In this document: piece after piece, positions 1-14,789 of the stretch
How the letters are laid out: each line of letters starts with the position of its first letter
Position numbering within the stretch: position 1 is the first letter of the stretch
DNA from: Octopus vulgaris
Lineage: Eukaryota
Direction: 5' to 3'
Length of the DNA: 64,000 nt
Assembly: GCA_951406725.2 (NCBI GenBank)
Contig: OX597836.1
Coordinates: 43,462,001 to 43,526,000 of the forward strand
Position numbers and translations under genes: made by a program
The notes under the pieces: model-generated
Told to the model about the DNA's origin: nothing
What the model saw: the letters and a program-made list of their open reading frames with translations, nothing else
Databases searched by the model: none

Positions 1-369
1 TTTAAAGATTGGTTTTACTAAGTTGTTTTTAATTTGCATAACATATGGTAGTATTAACCAGATAGTATTGTTTCCTATGTTCATAGGATTGGGGTTAATG
101 TTCTTTAGTCTATTGTTATTATTAGGGCAGTAACTTTTATTATTAATAATATTGACATTATACCTATCATTAGTACTGCCATTGTTATCACTATTTATGC
201 AGCTGATGATGGTACCTGCTTGAGATTTCTTATGTTATTTGTTTTTTCCTTCTTATATCTGTGTTTGCCACTAGGATTTTAAAATTTATTATTAATTCCT
301 ATATTATTTCTGTCATTGCTTGCATCATAGGTATTTATAGTATTTTCATTATTATTCCCATTATTACAT

Positions 370-725
370 GATCATCATCGTTTAACGTCCGTTTTCCGTG
401 CTAGCACGGGTTGGACGGTTCGACCGGGGGGAAGCCAGGGTCTGGGAAGCCAGGGGCTGCACCAGGCTCCAGTCTGATCTGACAGAGTTTCTACAGCTGG
501 ATGGCCCTTCCTAACGCCAACCACTCCGTGAGTGTAGTGGGTGCTTTTTACGTGCCACCTGCACAGGTGCCGGGGGGGGGGGGGGGGGTCCAGCATCAGC
601 CACGATCGGATGGTGCTTTTTATGTGCCACCGGCACTGGAGCCAGTCAAGGCACCACTGGCAACGGCCACGTTCGGACGGTGCTTTTTATGTGCCACCGG
701 CACAGAAGCCAGTCGAGGCGGCGCT
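370..725 (-). mobile_element. SINE-like repeat with (GAT)n tail and internal GTGCCACCGGCAC sub-repeats; representative copy
   Basis: GTTAGGAAGGGCATCCAGCTGTAGAAAC...GACGTTAAACGATGATG. Other copies at ~9050, 11175(-), 13190, 33340(-), 46000, 57500. Confidence 0.8.
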
Positions 726-729
726 CAGG

Positions 730-1770
730 GAAAGTATTTAATTTTATCCTTATACTCTGCATTTTTAAGTGCTGTATTATACTTATCCTTGTGCTTATCA
801 AAAATGTCTTCATTTGAGGAGAGATTTCAGATTCTTTTGCTTATATTTCTTAAAAGGGCTCTTTTTATTTGTTGGGTATGGTTGCTGAAATTGTTTATAT
901 ACCTTAAATTGGAGTTCTGTTTCTTATACGGTTCATGTAGTCCAGTGTTCAAGTTACAGTTTACATCTAAATAGTTAATGGAGTAATTTTCATTTTCTAT
1001 TGTTAAAGAAAGACCAAATCTACTGGAAAACTTATGTAGGTGTTTCTTTAATAATTCCAGGCATCTGTTCGAGTGACTTCTAACTATAAAGAGTGCGTCA
1101 TCCCTATACAAACCTCTTCTTAATTCTGGGAATTCCTTGTTTATGTTGTCTAAAAGATATATTCCTACTAAGTCAGTCACTTATGCTGAATCTGACGAAC
1201 CCATTGTGATATCAAATAGATTAGGTGTATCATTTCATGCCCATAGTTTGTTATGGAATCCAATGACAGTTTTTGGGGGGCTGTAAGTACAACATTTATT
1301 TCCCTCGTGCTTAAATTAGTGAATTTCTTGGCGAAAATAAGAGCACTGTTCAAAACTGTAGGATTGAAGAGTAATAGTTTTGTATGTCTATTCTTTCTAT
1401 TCTCTTCTTTTATTTGTTTCAGTCATTTATTTGCGGCCATGCTGGAGCACCACCTTTTAAGAATTTGTCTTTTTGTAAGAATTTCTGATTATTCTTATTT
1501 TGTATGCTGGAGAACCAGTCTAGAGCACTTTGGGTGTTACTCCATAGTTTGAGCTTGATTTTGTTTTTAGTGTTGGTAGGTATTTATCCAGAATTACTTT
1601 ACTTAGTTTACTTATGTCTGGTTTATTAGGGCATATTAATCTAATTATCCTTATGGTCCTTAATTGTAATACAGGGTATGATTGGTGTAAATGGCTCTGT
1701 CTTATCATCTAAATAAAAATCCAACATAATATTCTTAGCTTCTAAATTGAATTTTTCCAAATAAATTTGG
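730..1770 (-). mobile_element. Penelope-like element, degraded RT fragment
   Basis: DITMGSSDSA..DLVGIYLL..GLYRDDAL..INYLDV..YKKQN..YINNFSNH (PLE RT motifs), with stops. Confidence 0.8.
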
Positions 1771-1781
1771 AGTTATACTCC

Positions 1782-1842
<61 letters not shown>

Positions 1843-3319
1843 GTATATATATATATATGTATAGGCAAAGGAGTGGCTATGTGGTAAGTAGCTTGCTTAC
1901 CAACTACACTACACCTTGGGCAAGTGTCTTCTGCTATAGCCTTAGGCCGACCAAAGCCTTGTGAGTGGATTTGGTAGGTGGAAACTGAAAGAAGCTTGTC
2001 GTATATATGTGTGTGTATGTGTATATATATTTGTGTGTCTGTGTTTGTCCCACCATCGCTTGACAACCAATGTTGGTGTGTTTATGTTCCCATAATTTAG
2101 TGGTTTAACAGAAAGGAATGATAGAATAAGTCCTAGGGTCGATTTGCTCGACTAAAGGCGGTGCTCCAGCATGGCCACAGTCAAATGACTGAAACAAGTA
2201 AAAGAATAATAGGTGCAAGCATGGTAAGTAGCTTGCTTACCAACCACATACTTCTAAGGTTCAGTCCCTCTTCGTGGCACCCAGGGCAAGTGTCTTCTAC
2301 TATAAAAGCCTTGTGAGCGAATTTGGTAGACGGAAACTGAAAGAAGCTTGTCGTATATATGTGTGTTTGTGTTTGTCCCCCCCACCATTGCTTGACAACC
2401 AATGCTGGTGTGTTTACATCCCTGTAACTTAGCAGTTCGGCAAAAGAGACTGATATAATAAGTACTAGGCTTACAAAGTATAAGTCCTGGGGTCAACTTG
2501 TTAGACTAAATGACAGAAACAAATAAAAGAATATAAAAACGTATATAATTGACGAAATTGGAGTTAGGAAGGGGGAGTACTCTTTTACTTGTTTCAGTCA
2601 TTTGACTGCGGCCATGCTGGAGCACCGCCTTTAGTCGAGCAAATCGACCCCGGGACTTATTCTTTGTAAGCCCAGTACTTATTCTATCGGTCTCTTTTGC
2701 CGAACCGCTAGATGTTTTTTTTATTATTTGCTACAATTGTTTCGACACAACATAGTTCTCCAAGAATACAGGTACTTGATTATGCAACTGTTTATTTGCA
2801 TAATAAGATCTAGTTGTGTTTCCTCAGGCGATATACAAGTGTTGCAACCATTAGTTTAAAATCTTTGATTTCAAGGTCATTCTCTTTGTTTGTTGTAGTT
2901 TGAAGTTGGTTGTGGCTGAAATCCTCATGGTTCAAGCTGTAAGAGCATGTTTGTATGGCCACTGTGGAATGTCGTGTGTGGCACAGGCAAGCCTTTCAGT
3001 GGTATTATTATCTATTTGTTTGTATTTCAGGTTTGTCCTTCATGGCTGGCTGCACATGGGAATTTCCTACTCTGACTTTTAGTATTCATTGGTTAGATAC
3101 ATACGGATATAGACAGACTCACGCATACATTCTCACACACAAACCTATTGATATATGCCCATACACACACACACTCTCACTCATATATACATACACATAG
3201 TTTCCCCCACACACTCTTATATAGATACTCAAATTTTAGAAACTGTATATACATGCATACAAGCAGATGTATACTTGTGCATACACACATAAGTACACCA
3301 ATCAAACTATATACTTACA

Positions 3320-4610
<1,291 letters not shown>

Positions 4611-5079
4611 TATTCTTCATAATACTAATATTTGACTGCACTGGGTCTAGAGATTGTGTGTGTGTGTGTGTGTATAGGTGCAGGTGTGGCTGTGTGGTAA
4701 GTAGCTTGCTTACCAACCACATGGTTCCGGTTTCAGTCCCACTGCATAGCACCTTGGGCAAGTGTCTTCTACTATAGTGTCAAGCTGACCAAAGCTTTGT
4801 GAGTGGATTTGGTAGATGGAAACTAAAATAAGCCTGTCATATATATATATATATATATACATATATGTATGTGTGTGTGTTTATGTGTCTGTGTTTGTTC
4901 CCTCCCATCGCTTGACAACCGATGGTGGTAGGTTTACGTCCCCATAACTTAGCAGTTTCGCAAAAGAGACTGATTGTCTAAGTACTAGGCTTACAAAGAA
5001 TTAGCCCTGGGGTCGATTTGATCGACTAAAGGCGGTGCTCCAGCATGGCCGCAGTCAAACGACTGAAACAAGTAAAGGA

Positions 5080-5162
<83 letters not shown>

Positions 5163-5164
<2 letters not shown>

Positions 5165-5565
5165 CGTAGGAGTGTCTGTGTGGTAAGTAGCTTGCTTACC
5201 AACCACATGGTTCTGGGTTCAGTCCCACTGCGTGACACCTTGGGCAAGTGTCTTCTACTATAGCCTCGGGCCGACCAAAGCCTTGTGAGTGGATTTGGTA
5301 GACGGAAACTGGAAGAAGCCCGTCGTATATATATGTGTATATATATATATGTGTGTGTGTGCGTGTTTGTCTGTGTTTGTCCCCCCAACATCGCTTGACA
5401 ACCGATGCTGGTGTGTTTACGACCCCATAACTTAGTGGTTCGGCAAAAAAGAGACCGATAAAATAAGTACTAGGCTTACAAAGAATAAGTCCTGGGGTCA
5501 ATTTGATCGACTAAAAGCGGTGCTCCAGCATGGCCACAGTCACATGACTGAAACAATTAAAAGAG
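5163..5565 (+). mobile_element. tRNA-derived SINE with CORE-like GCACCTTGGGCAAG segment and internal (TA)/(TG) tract; representative copy
   Basis: A/B-box-like GTGGCTGTGTGGTAAG..GGTTCAGTCCC. Further copies at ~1865, 2210, 4680, 8140(-), 13577, 15301, 37620(-), 48520(-), 51790(-), 59585(-), 61733. Confidence 0.85.
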
Positions 5566-5749
5566 TATATATATATATATATACATACAGAGAGAGAAGG
5601 AGAGGCAGAGAGAAATTGGGATATGAGCAGCCAGGCAAATATGCTTATATATAGAGAGGGAGAGAAAACAAAGAAAGGACGAAGAGAAAGAATGCATCAC
5701 TACAGACAGACGCATCAGCAGGTTGGAAGAGGGAAAAATAAAGGATTAT

Positions 5750-7165
5750 TGTTATTTCACAGTGTTTAATCTTGAGAATGCATGTTTGGTATGGTAGGGA
5801 CATCGCAGAATTTTTTTAGAATACTTGTTTACTAATTTTTCCTTACTTAGCAGGATGCATAAGGCTTCCTCGAGGCAGAGGTCACATGTGCTGGATAGCA
5901 TATTGCATGGGTATGCATAATATTGACCAGCCTGTTTTATATTTAATTTTCCATCTTTCAATTTCCATATTAGTTTTGCTAGTGAAGTTGCATGCTGTCT
6001 GTTTACCTTTCGGAATGATGAGATATAGTTTCAATAACAGACCTTAAATTGGTTTTCTGAGGCGCCTATGTATGCATATTTTTGTTGTGGTGTGGTGTGG
6101 TGTGGTGACTGTGCACTTGTATATTATGTTTTTTTAGACACGTATTTCCATTGTCTGTGGATGTTGTTTGCATGTTCATTTTCTCATTGTATTTATGTAT
6201 ATAGTATTCCATGTTGTTAAATGTTGTGTATGATATTTTTACTGTCTGCTTATTCAATATACAATAGTATTTATGTGTTGCAGGGAAGCACCCAGGGCTG
6301 GATTAAGACCCATCAAAGCCCTAGGCGCTTAAAAGATTTTGGTGCCCCTCTAAAAGATTATGTAATTCAAAATATAAACAATAACAAACCATAAAATAAA
6401 TTTTTATTTCTCAAAACAAAATAAAACAGTAAAAGGGAAAATAATGTTTCCCATTTTATTTATATTTGAAAAGTTTCCTCCTACTTTTTTGAATTGCAGA
6501 GTTTTTGATCAGATCCTCAAAATTAATCTTCTGTAACACATCTGCATCTATACTTAGTAGAGATAAAAACATCCCAAATATTATTTTAGCAAGTTTAAAG
6601 TGATTTCTTTTGTGTCGTAGACCATTTACTATTTCTGTCGTGTCCCTTCCTTCCCTTGATGCCCTAAGCACGTGCTTATTTTGCTTAATGGTTAATCCAG
6701 CACTAGAAGCACTTATTTAATTCTGCAAGTAATTGCCTTCCTATTTTGGACGATATCTGTAATCCGAAAGTTGTACCATAGGACTTTTGAATTTTTGTAT
6801 CTTTTGTTTGGTTCTCTCAGCCTATTTTCTGTGCCTGTTTTCCCATTATTGTTTAATCTTTTGTGCTATTTCTATTTTCCTCCCACTCTTTTGTTGTGTC
6901 TTTATTGTTATGTGTTTGTTGTTCTTTGTGTTTTGTGTATATTCTGCCTTATTTGTGTGTGCATTAGTGCTCTTTTGTGGTTGCATTAGGTGTGAACTCG
7001 AATTTTTTCTTTGTATCCGGCACTAGCTAGTGCTTCATTGTAGCATGGTGCATGCATGTTGAATATTTCCTCTGTGGCTGATAGTCGCGATATTCTGGTG
7101 ACTATGTTCCTAATTATTGCTTTGGTTATGGATGGTGGATGGTTGGACTTTACGTTTATGAATAT
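5750..7165 (-). mobile_element. Penelope-like element, linker/GIY-YIG-region fragment interrupted by a hAT element
   Basis: IGRQLL..CFPATHKYY.ILNKQTVKISY..NMEYYIHKYN and ATSLAKLIWKLKD..CDLCLEE motifs. Confidence 0.7.
6293..6705 (-). mobile_element. Non-autonomous hAT element with transposase C-terminal remnant
   Basis: TIRs CAGGGCTGGATTAA / TTAATCCAGCACTA; 8-bp TSD GAAGCACC/GAAGCACT; LSLLSIDADVLQKINFEDLIKNSAIQKSRRK resembles the end of the hAT dimerization domain. Confidence 0.8.
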
Positions 7166-7778
7166 ATATATTTTATTTATGCACCCTTTTAAAGCCTAGC
7201 CAGCTCATGGGCCCGGTTTCCCAGTTTCAATGGTGTATGTGTTCCCCCCTGCTGGACGGGACGCCAGTCCATCGCAGCATTACTCAAGAAACAGGAAGAA
7301 ATAGTGAGAGAAAGTTGGGGCGAAAGAGTACAACAGGGCTCGCCACCAGTCCCTGTCAGAGCCTCGTGGAACTTTTAGGTGTTTTTGCTCAATAAACACA
7401 CACAACGCCCGGTCTGGGAATCAAAACAGCGATCCTCCGACTGCGAGTCCACTGCCCTAACCAATGGGCCATTGCGCCTCCACATATATATCTTTTATTA
7501 AACTTTTAATACTTTTGATATTTAAAAAAAATAAAAATAAATAAATTAATTAATTAATTAATTAATTAATTAATTAATATATAAATATAAAAATATACAT
7601 ACATACATGTATATATATATTAGTATATATATATAAAATTTATAAGCTTAAATTATTTAAATAATTTTTTATTTTTAACTTTTATATTTTTAAATTAATT
7701 TTATGTATTGGCTTATTTTCTTCACTGTTTGATTTGCCTCATAGTGGTTTTATCTCTAATTTAATATAATATAATATA

Positions 7779-7836
<58 letters not shown>

Positions 7837-8343
7837 TTATGTAGATTGATTGTCTATTTTGTTTTGTATAGACGGTAATTGCAAATGTCGTTAACAAGTA
7901 TTTATAAATTATGAATTGTCATTTGAATTGTCATTTGAAGTGTATTTATATATTTTTCTGCTTTTCATTGGTCTGGCATTCGGTTAATTTCTTTCTATCA
8001 TAATTTAATTGTTTGCTCCTTTCTGGGCTATTGTAAAGGTCTTTATATTCTTGTTAGTAGAACCCATTCATTCCAATAAGGAATTCCTGAGGAAAAGCCT
8101 AATGTGTGATTTCAAAACTTGGAATGGAGTAATACTCTTTTACTCTTTTACTTGTTTCAGTCATTTGACTGCGGCCATGCTGGAGCACCACCTTTAGTCG
8201 AGCAAATCGACCCCGGGACTTATTCTTTGTAAGCCCAGTACTTATTCTATCGGTCTCTTTTGCCGAACTGCTAAGTGATGGGGACGTAAACACACTAGCA
8301 TCAGTTGTCAAGCAATGCTAGGGGGACAAACACTGACACACAA

Positions 8344-8412
<69 letters not shown>

Positions 8413-9474
8413 CATATATACGACGGGCTTCTTTCAGTTTCCGTCTACCAAATCCACTCACAAAGCATTGGTCAGCCCGGGGCTATAGCAGAAGACACTT
8501 GCCCAAGATGCCACGCAGTGGGACTGAACCCGGAACCATGTGGCTAGTTAGCAAGCTACTTACCACACAGCCACTCCTGCGCCTATGTCTACACTTCTAT
8601 TTTTCCTTTCCCTATTATACTTTGTTTATTGTACCAATATTGAATTTATAGATTTTTACATATATTCTTTGCTTTGGATTGGACCAGCGGACTTGGATGC
8701 TTAACGTCCCTTTAAAGGATTTAGGTCCTTACTTCTGTGTGTGTGTGTGTGCAGGACAAACAACAAGACAGAATCTCTTTGAAGTAGCATGGCAGAGAGA
8801 CAGACAGACAGACAGAGAATATAGAGCAAATAGAGAATAGAGGAGACATAGAAAGAAAATCTTTGAGAGATGGTGTCTGGTTTTAGTTTCACTTTGTGGG
8901 ACAAACAGACAGAATCTCTCTTTTATATATGTAGATTATTTATATTTATACATATAAATATTTATAATAAGTGTATATAAATATATTTATATGACTCTAT
9001 TGGTGATGATGCCCTGTAAAAAGGACTGGTGCTAGTGCTGCACCCAGTACATTCTGTGAAGTGGTTGGTGTTAGGAAGGGCATCCAGCTGTAGAGACCAA
9101 GTTGAAACAGACGATGGAGCATAGTGTGACTCCCAGCCTCGCAAGCTCTGGTCAAACTGTCCAGCCTATGCCAGTGTGGAAAACGGACATTAAATAATGA
9201 TGATACGTGTGTGTGGCTATATCCCCCACCACTGCTTGACAACTGGTGTTGATGTGTTTATGGCAAAAGAGATCAATAGGATAAAGACCAGGCTTTAAAA
9301 AAAATAAGTACTGGAGTGGATTTGTTTAGCAAAAATTCAAGCTGGAGCCCCAGCATGGCCACAGTCTAATGACTGAAACAAGTAAAATCAAAGATAAAAG
9401 ATAAGCAAATAATTTCAAGGGGCTCATGAATGATCCCTTGATCTTTGTAGATAGTAAAATCCTTTTACCAAAGG

Positions 9475-10432
9475 GGCCAGTCAGGCGGTACTGGCAATGA
9501 CCTCGCTCGAATCTTTTTACACATGCCACTGGCACAGGTGCCAGTAAGGCGACATTGGTAACAATCACGCTTGAATGGTGCCCTTTACATGCCATGGCAC
9601 AGGGGCCAGTCAGGCGGTACTGGCAATGACCTCGCTCGAATCTTTTTACACATGCCACTGGCACAGGTGCCAGTAAGGCGACGTTGGTAATGATCACGCT
9701 TGAATGGTGCCCTTTTACGTGCCACGGCACGGGGGCCAGTCAGGCGGTACTGGCAATGACCTCGCTCGAATCTTTTTACACATGCCACTGGCACAGGTGC
9801 CAGTAAGGCGACGTTGGTAATGATCACGCTTGAATGGTGCCCTTTTACGTGCCACGGCCAGTCAGGCGGTACTGGCAATGACCTCGCTCGAATCTTTTTA
9901 CACATGCCACTGGCACAGGTGCCAGTAAGGCGACGTTGGTAATGATCACGCTTGAATGGTGCCCTTTTACGTGCCACGGCACGGGAACCAGTCAGGCGGT
10001 ACTGGCAATGACCTCGCTCGAATCTTTTTACACATGCCACTGGCACAGGTGCCAGTAAGGCAACGTTGGTAATGATCACGCTTGAATGGTGCCCTTTTAC
10101 GTGCCACGGCACGGGGGCCAGTCAGGCGGTACTGGCAATGACCTCGCTCGAATCTTTTTACACATGCCACTGGCACAGGTGCCAGTAAGGCAACGTTGGT
10201 AATGATCACACTTGAATGGTGCCCTTTTACGTGCCACGGCACGGGGGCCAGTCAGGCGGTACTGGCAATGACCTCGCTCGAATCTTTTTACACATGCCAC
10301 TGGCACAGGTGCCAGTAAGGCAACGTTGGTAATGATCACGCTTGAATGGTGCCCTTTTACATGCCACTGCACAGGAGCCAATCAGGCGGTACTGGCAATG
10401 ACCTCGCTCGAATCTTTTTACATATGCCATTG
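9475..10432. repeat. Tandem repeat, ~130-bp unit x ~7.5, derived from the internal repeats of the (GAT)n-tailed SINE
   Basis: CCAGTCAGGCGGTACTGGC-type motif recurs at ~9476, 9605, 9735, 9857, 9987, 10117, 10247, 10377. Confidence 0.95.
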
Positions 10433-10585
10433 GTATTATGGTGTCATGGGATGTGATTTGTTGTGGGAAATTTAGCTGCTATTTCCAGTAATTTACTCAA
10501 ATGACATTTTCCCTCCTCGGCTTAGATTAGTTGGTTTAGATAAGCTTAATAATGTCTTATCACATGTTTCAAAGTTTATTTTCAG

Positions 10586-10661
10586 AACAAAAGACAGGAA
10601 GAGAACTGTTAGAGATTATCGTTATACAATAAAAGCTTAAGAAAAAGCACAGACACAGAGG
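10586..10661 (+). other. Possible non-coding (5' UTR) exon
   Basis: Unique sequence with an attttcag acceptor and a G|gtatgt donor; stops in all three frames. Link to the kinase gene is inferred only. Confidence 0.3.
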
Positions 10662-10761
10662 GTATGTGAGTTGTATTCAAAGTCCTATCACTGTCGACAG
10701 CCTCAAAACAACAATGTTTTGGAGTAGGGGTGTGGCCTTAGTCATCATCATCATCACTTAA

Positions 10762-11056
10762 CCGTTGCTCTGATCCCGCGGTTCCTCTCGTACTGGACGG
10801 GATAGCCGTAGCCAAGTTGACGTTGCCGACGCCCGCCTAAGGTCGGCCGGAGAAATGCCGGCGGCACGGCCAGGACGGACGACGCGCGAGCGCGCCGCCG
10901 CCTCGACCGCACGCCGAGTACCCCAACGCAACTCGGGGCGCCGCGTACGCGCGATGCATCGGTAGGATAAAACTAACCTGTCTCACGACGGTCTAATCCC
11001 AGCTCACATTCCCTGTTAGTGGGTGAACAATCCAACGCTTTGCGAATTCTGTTTCG

Positions 11057-11094
<38 letters not shown>

Positions 11095-11133
11095 GACGTC
11101 GCTGCGAACGCTTGGCCGCCACAAGCCAGTTAT
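10762..11133 (-). rRNA. 28S rRNA fragment (peptidyl-transferase region to sarcin-ricin loop), isolated pseudogenic piece
   Basis: Reverse complement contains GATCCTTCGATGTCGGCTCTTCCTATCATTG, GGATTGTTCACCCACTAA, AGACCGTCGTGAGACAGGTTAG and the sarcin-ricin loop AGTACGAGAGGAACC. Confidence 0.95.
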
Positions 11134-12029
11134 GCTAAAATTGACCAGATCCAACCTTTCACACCTAATCTACAATCATCATCATCATTTAATGTCTGCT
11201 TTCCATGCTAGCATGGGTTGGACGATTTTGACTGAGGGCTGGAAAACCGGATGGCTGCACCAGGCTCCAATCTTGATCTGGCAGAATTTCTACAGCTGGA
11301 TGCCCTTCCTAATACCAACCACTCCGAGAGTTTAGTGGGTGCTTTTTACGTGCCACCGGCACAGGGGCCAGTCATGCGGTACTGGCAATGACCTCACTTG
11401 AATCTTTTTACACATGCCACTGACAAGATGCCAGTAAGGCAACGTTGGCAACGATCACGTTCGAATGCTGCCCTTTTACATGCCACGGCACGGGGGCCAG
11501 TCAGGCGGTACTGGCAAATGACCTCACTCGAATCTTTTTACACATACCACCAGCACAGGTGCCAGTAAGGCGACGATCAATAAATTTGTTCATATCTGTG
11601 ATATCTTATAAAATGAAATTAACCTCTGTATTTGACTGATATGCTATTTTATTAACCTTGCTGAGGATTTAAATTCGACCGTGATCATTGCCAGAGCAGC
11701 CAACTGGCTTCCATGCCGGTGGCACGTAAAAGTGCACCATTCGAGCGTGATCGTTACCAACGTCGCCTTACTGGCACCTGTGCCGGTGGCATGTGTAAAA
11801 AGATTCGAGTGAGGTCATTGCCAGTATCGCCGGCACGTAAAAAGCACCCACTACAGCATGCTCATGGAATTAACATGCAACTGGCAGAGCACTTCATAGA
11901 CACATGTACCCCTAATGTAGTTTTCAGGGAAATTCAGCATGAAACAGAATGTGACAAGGCGGGCCCTCTGAATTACAAGTACAATTCATTTTTGCCAGCT
12001 GAGTGGATTGGAGAAATGGAAAATAAAGG

Positions 12030-12945
12030 GTCTTTTCTACTCTAGGTACAAGGCCCGGAATTTTGTCGGAGGGGGTCAGTCGATTAGATCGATCACAATT
12101 TGCAACTGGTAATAAGGTGAAATAAAGTGTCTTGCTCAAGAACATGTGTTGACACAACACTTATGACCGTACAACCACAAGCCAAATACCCTAACCACTG
12201 AGCCATGCACCTTCACATGAGAGACTACAATACTTTACAAATGGAACCTCTTGTGTTTTTGTTGTGTTCTCAGTAAACTTTTTTTTTCTACACTAGGCAC
12301 CAGGCCCGAAACTTTTGGGGAGGGGGCCAGTCAATTAGATCGACCTCAGTACACAACTGGTACTTAATTTATCAACCCTGAAAGGATGAAAGGCAAAGTC
12401 GACCTCTGTGGAATTTGAAATCAGAATGTAAACACAGTTGAATTACTGTTAAGCATTTTGCCTGGCGTGCTAACATTTCTCGCCACCTGGTGGATATCAA
12501 ATATTCTTTTCTTCTCTAGGCATAAGGCCCGAAATTTTGGTGGAGGGGGCCAGTCAATTAGATCAACCCCAGTATGCAACTGATACTTAATTTACTGACC
12601 ACAAAAGGATGAAAGGCAAATCTCAACCTTGGCGGAATTTGAACTCAGAACATAAAGACAGATGAAATACTGCTAAGCATTTCGCCCAACGTGCTAACGT
12701 TTCTGCCAGCTTGCCACCTTAAAATATTCTTTTCTACTCTAGGCACAAGCCTGGGAATTTTGGGGGAGTGGGAAGCAGCGACTAGATCGATCCACAGTAT
12801 GCAACTGGTACTTAATTTATTGAACCTGAAAGGATAAGAGGCAAAGTTGACCTTGGCGGAATTTGAACTCAGAACGTAAAGACAGATGAAATACCGCTAA
12901 GCATTTTGCTCGGCATGCTAACATTTCTGCCAGCTTGCTGCCTTG
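12030..12945 (-). mobile_element. Cluster of Nin/Deu-domain-like SINEs with the GGCCTTGTGCCTAGAGTAGAAAAG tail
   Basis: Repeated GAAAGGATGAAAGGCAAAGTCGACC (reverse complement of GCCTTTCATCCTTTCGGGGTCGATAAATTAAGTACCAG). Confidence 0.75.
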
Positions 12946-14250
12946 TGTTCCCAGTAAACAGACAAAGTCCTTTGGCAAGATTGGAGAAAATGCTTTGCAG
13001 TGTTTAGTTACAATATTCTTTTATTCTTTTACTTGTTTCAGTCATTTGACTGTGGCCATGCTGCCTTAAGGGGTTTTTAACCCAAGAAATTGAGCCTCCC
13101 CAGAACTTATTTGTTGTAAGCCTAATACTTATTATATTGTTCTCTTTTTGCCAAACTGCTAAGTTATGGGAACATAACACACCAACATCAGAGTGGTTGG
13201 CATTAGGAAGGGCATCCAGCTGTAGAAACTCTGCCAGATCAGATTGGAGCCTGGTGCAGCCATCTGGTTCGCCAGCCCTCAGTCAAATCGTCCCACCCAT
13301 GCTAGCATGGAAAGCAGACATTAAATGATGATGATGATGATGATGATGATGATTGTAGATTAGGTGTGAAAGGTTGGATCTGGTCAATTTTAGCATAAAG
13401 CAGGTTGAATATTCAGGCTAGATATGGCCAAATTAAATGCTAAAGTGTTAATAAACACAGGTAAATTATTGAAGACAAGGCCTATTGATTCGCCAGTTTC
13501 AAGCAATATCATTTAATATCATCAGTTCATTTTTATGCATCTCGGCCAAAAGAGTTTACATGTTTAAAAAAGTTTGCGCAGGAGTGGCTGTGTGGTAAGT
13601 AGCTTGCTAACCAACCACATGGTTCCGGGTTCAGTCCCACTGCGTGGCATCTTGGGCAAGTGTCTTTTGCTATAGCCCCGGGCCGACCAAAGCCTTGTGA
13701 GTGGATTTGGTAGACGGAAACTAAAAGAAGCCTGTCGTATATATGTATATATATATATATATATGTTTGTGTGTCTGTGTTTGTCCCCCTAGCATTGCTT
13801 GACAACCGATGCTGGTGTGTTTACGTCCCCGTCACTTAGCGGTTCGGCAAAAGAGACCAATAGAATAAGTACTTGGCTTACAAAGAATAAGTCCCGGGGT
13901 CGATTTGCTTGACTAAAGGCGGTGCTCCAGCATGGCCGTAGTCAAATGACTGAAACAAGTAAAGAGAGAGTACGTACTAAAACTTTGCTCTTTGCTAAGT
14001 TAACTATAAGACCCCTTGATTCTAGGTTTTACTGCTACACCCAAAATTTCTTTCCTAATTCTACTATAGATTCTGTATAACAGCATTTCCATGGCCAACC
14101 AGACTTAACCCTTTTGTTACCAACCCGGCTGAAACTGTCTCTGGCTCTGAGTACAGACGTCTTGTTTTCATAAGTTTTGAATTAAAATCTTCCACCAAAC
14201 CTTAGTCACAATTTATGTTCCTAATACTAGATTAATGATAACTAAGTTAT

Positions 14251-14789
14251 AATAAATCTCAGAGCGAGTTATAAATAGTAGTTACAACACGTAGTGACGT
14301 ATATTTGCCATTTAAATATGGCTAACCCCTAAGGGTGGATGCTACTGTAGTTTATAGCCCCAGGAGGACACCTCCTCCAGCTGGCTATAGACACACTTTC
14401 TGTGCCCTATCAGTATTTGCAAAGGGAAGCCATCCTTGCCGTCTTCAACTTATGATACACACGGACTCGAGTTTCTGGGTATTGACCTGTCATTGGCATG
14501 TGAAGGGAACTTATTTGTTATCCTTTGTGAAGGGAACCTACTTTTCATCCCTTGTGAAGGGAACCTACTTTTCATCGACAACTGTGATTGTCACACGCCG
14601 ACGACGGGTCAATATCCAGAAACTCGAGTCCATGTGTATCATAAGTTGAAGACAAGAAGGATGGCTTCCCTTTGCAAATACTGATAGGGCACAGAAAGTG
14701 TGTCTATAGCCAGCTGGAGGAGGTGTCCTCCTGGGGCTACAAACTACAGTAGCATCCACCCTTAGGGGTTAGCCATATTTAAATGGCAA
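14251..14789. mobile_element. Fold-back insertion with ~180-bp inverted arms inside a TTAA MITE
   Basis: 14303-14483 is the reverse complement of ~14608-14790; flanked by an AAGTTAT duplication. Confidence 0.8.

Noticed and set aside
9326-10430. Repeated ORFs (MPWHVKGHH...)
   Set aside because: Translations of the 130-bp SINE-derived tandem repeat.
10762-11133. Functional rDNA unit or R-element target site
   Set aside because: Only ~370 bp, flanked by SINE and MITE sequence; the LINE array is ~6 kb away and not inserted in it.
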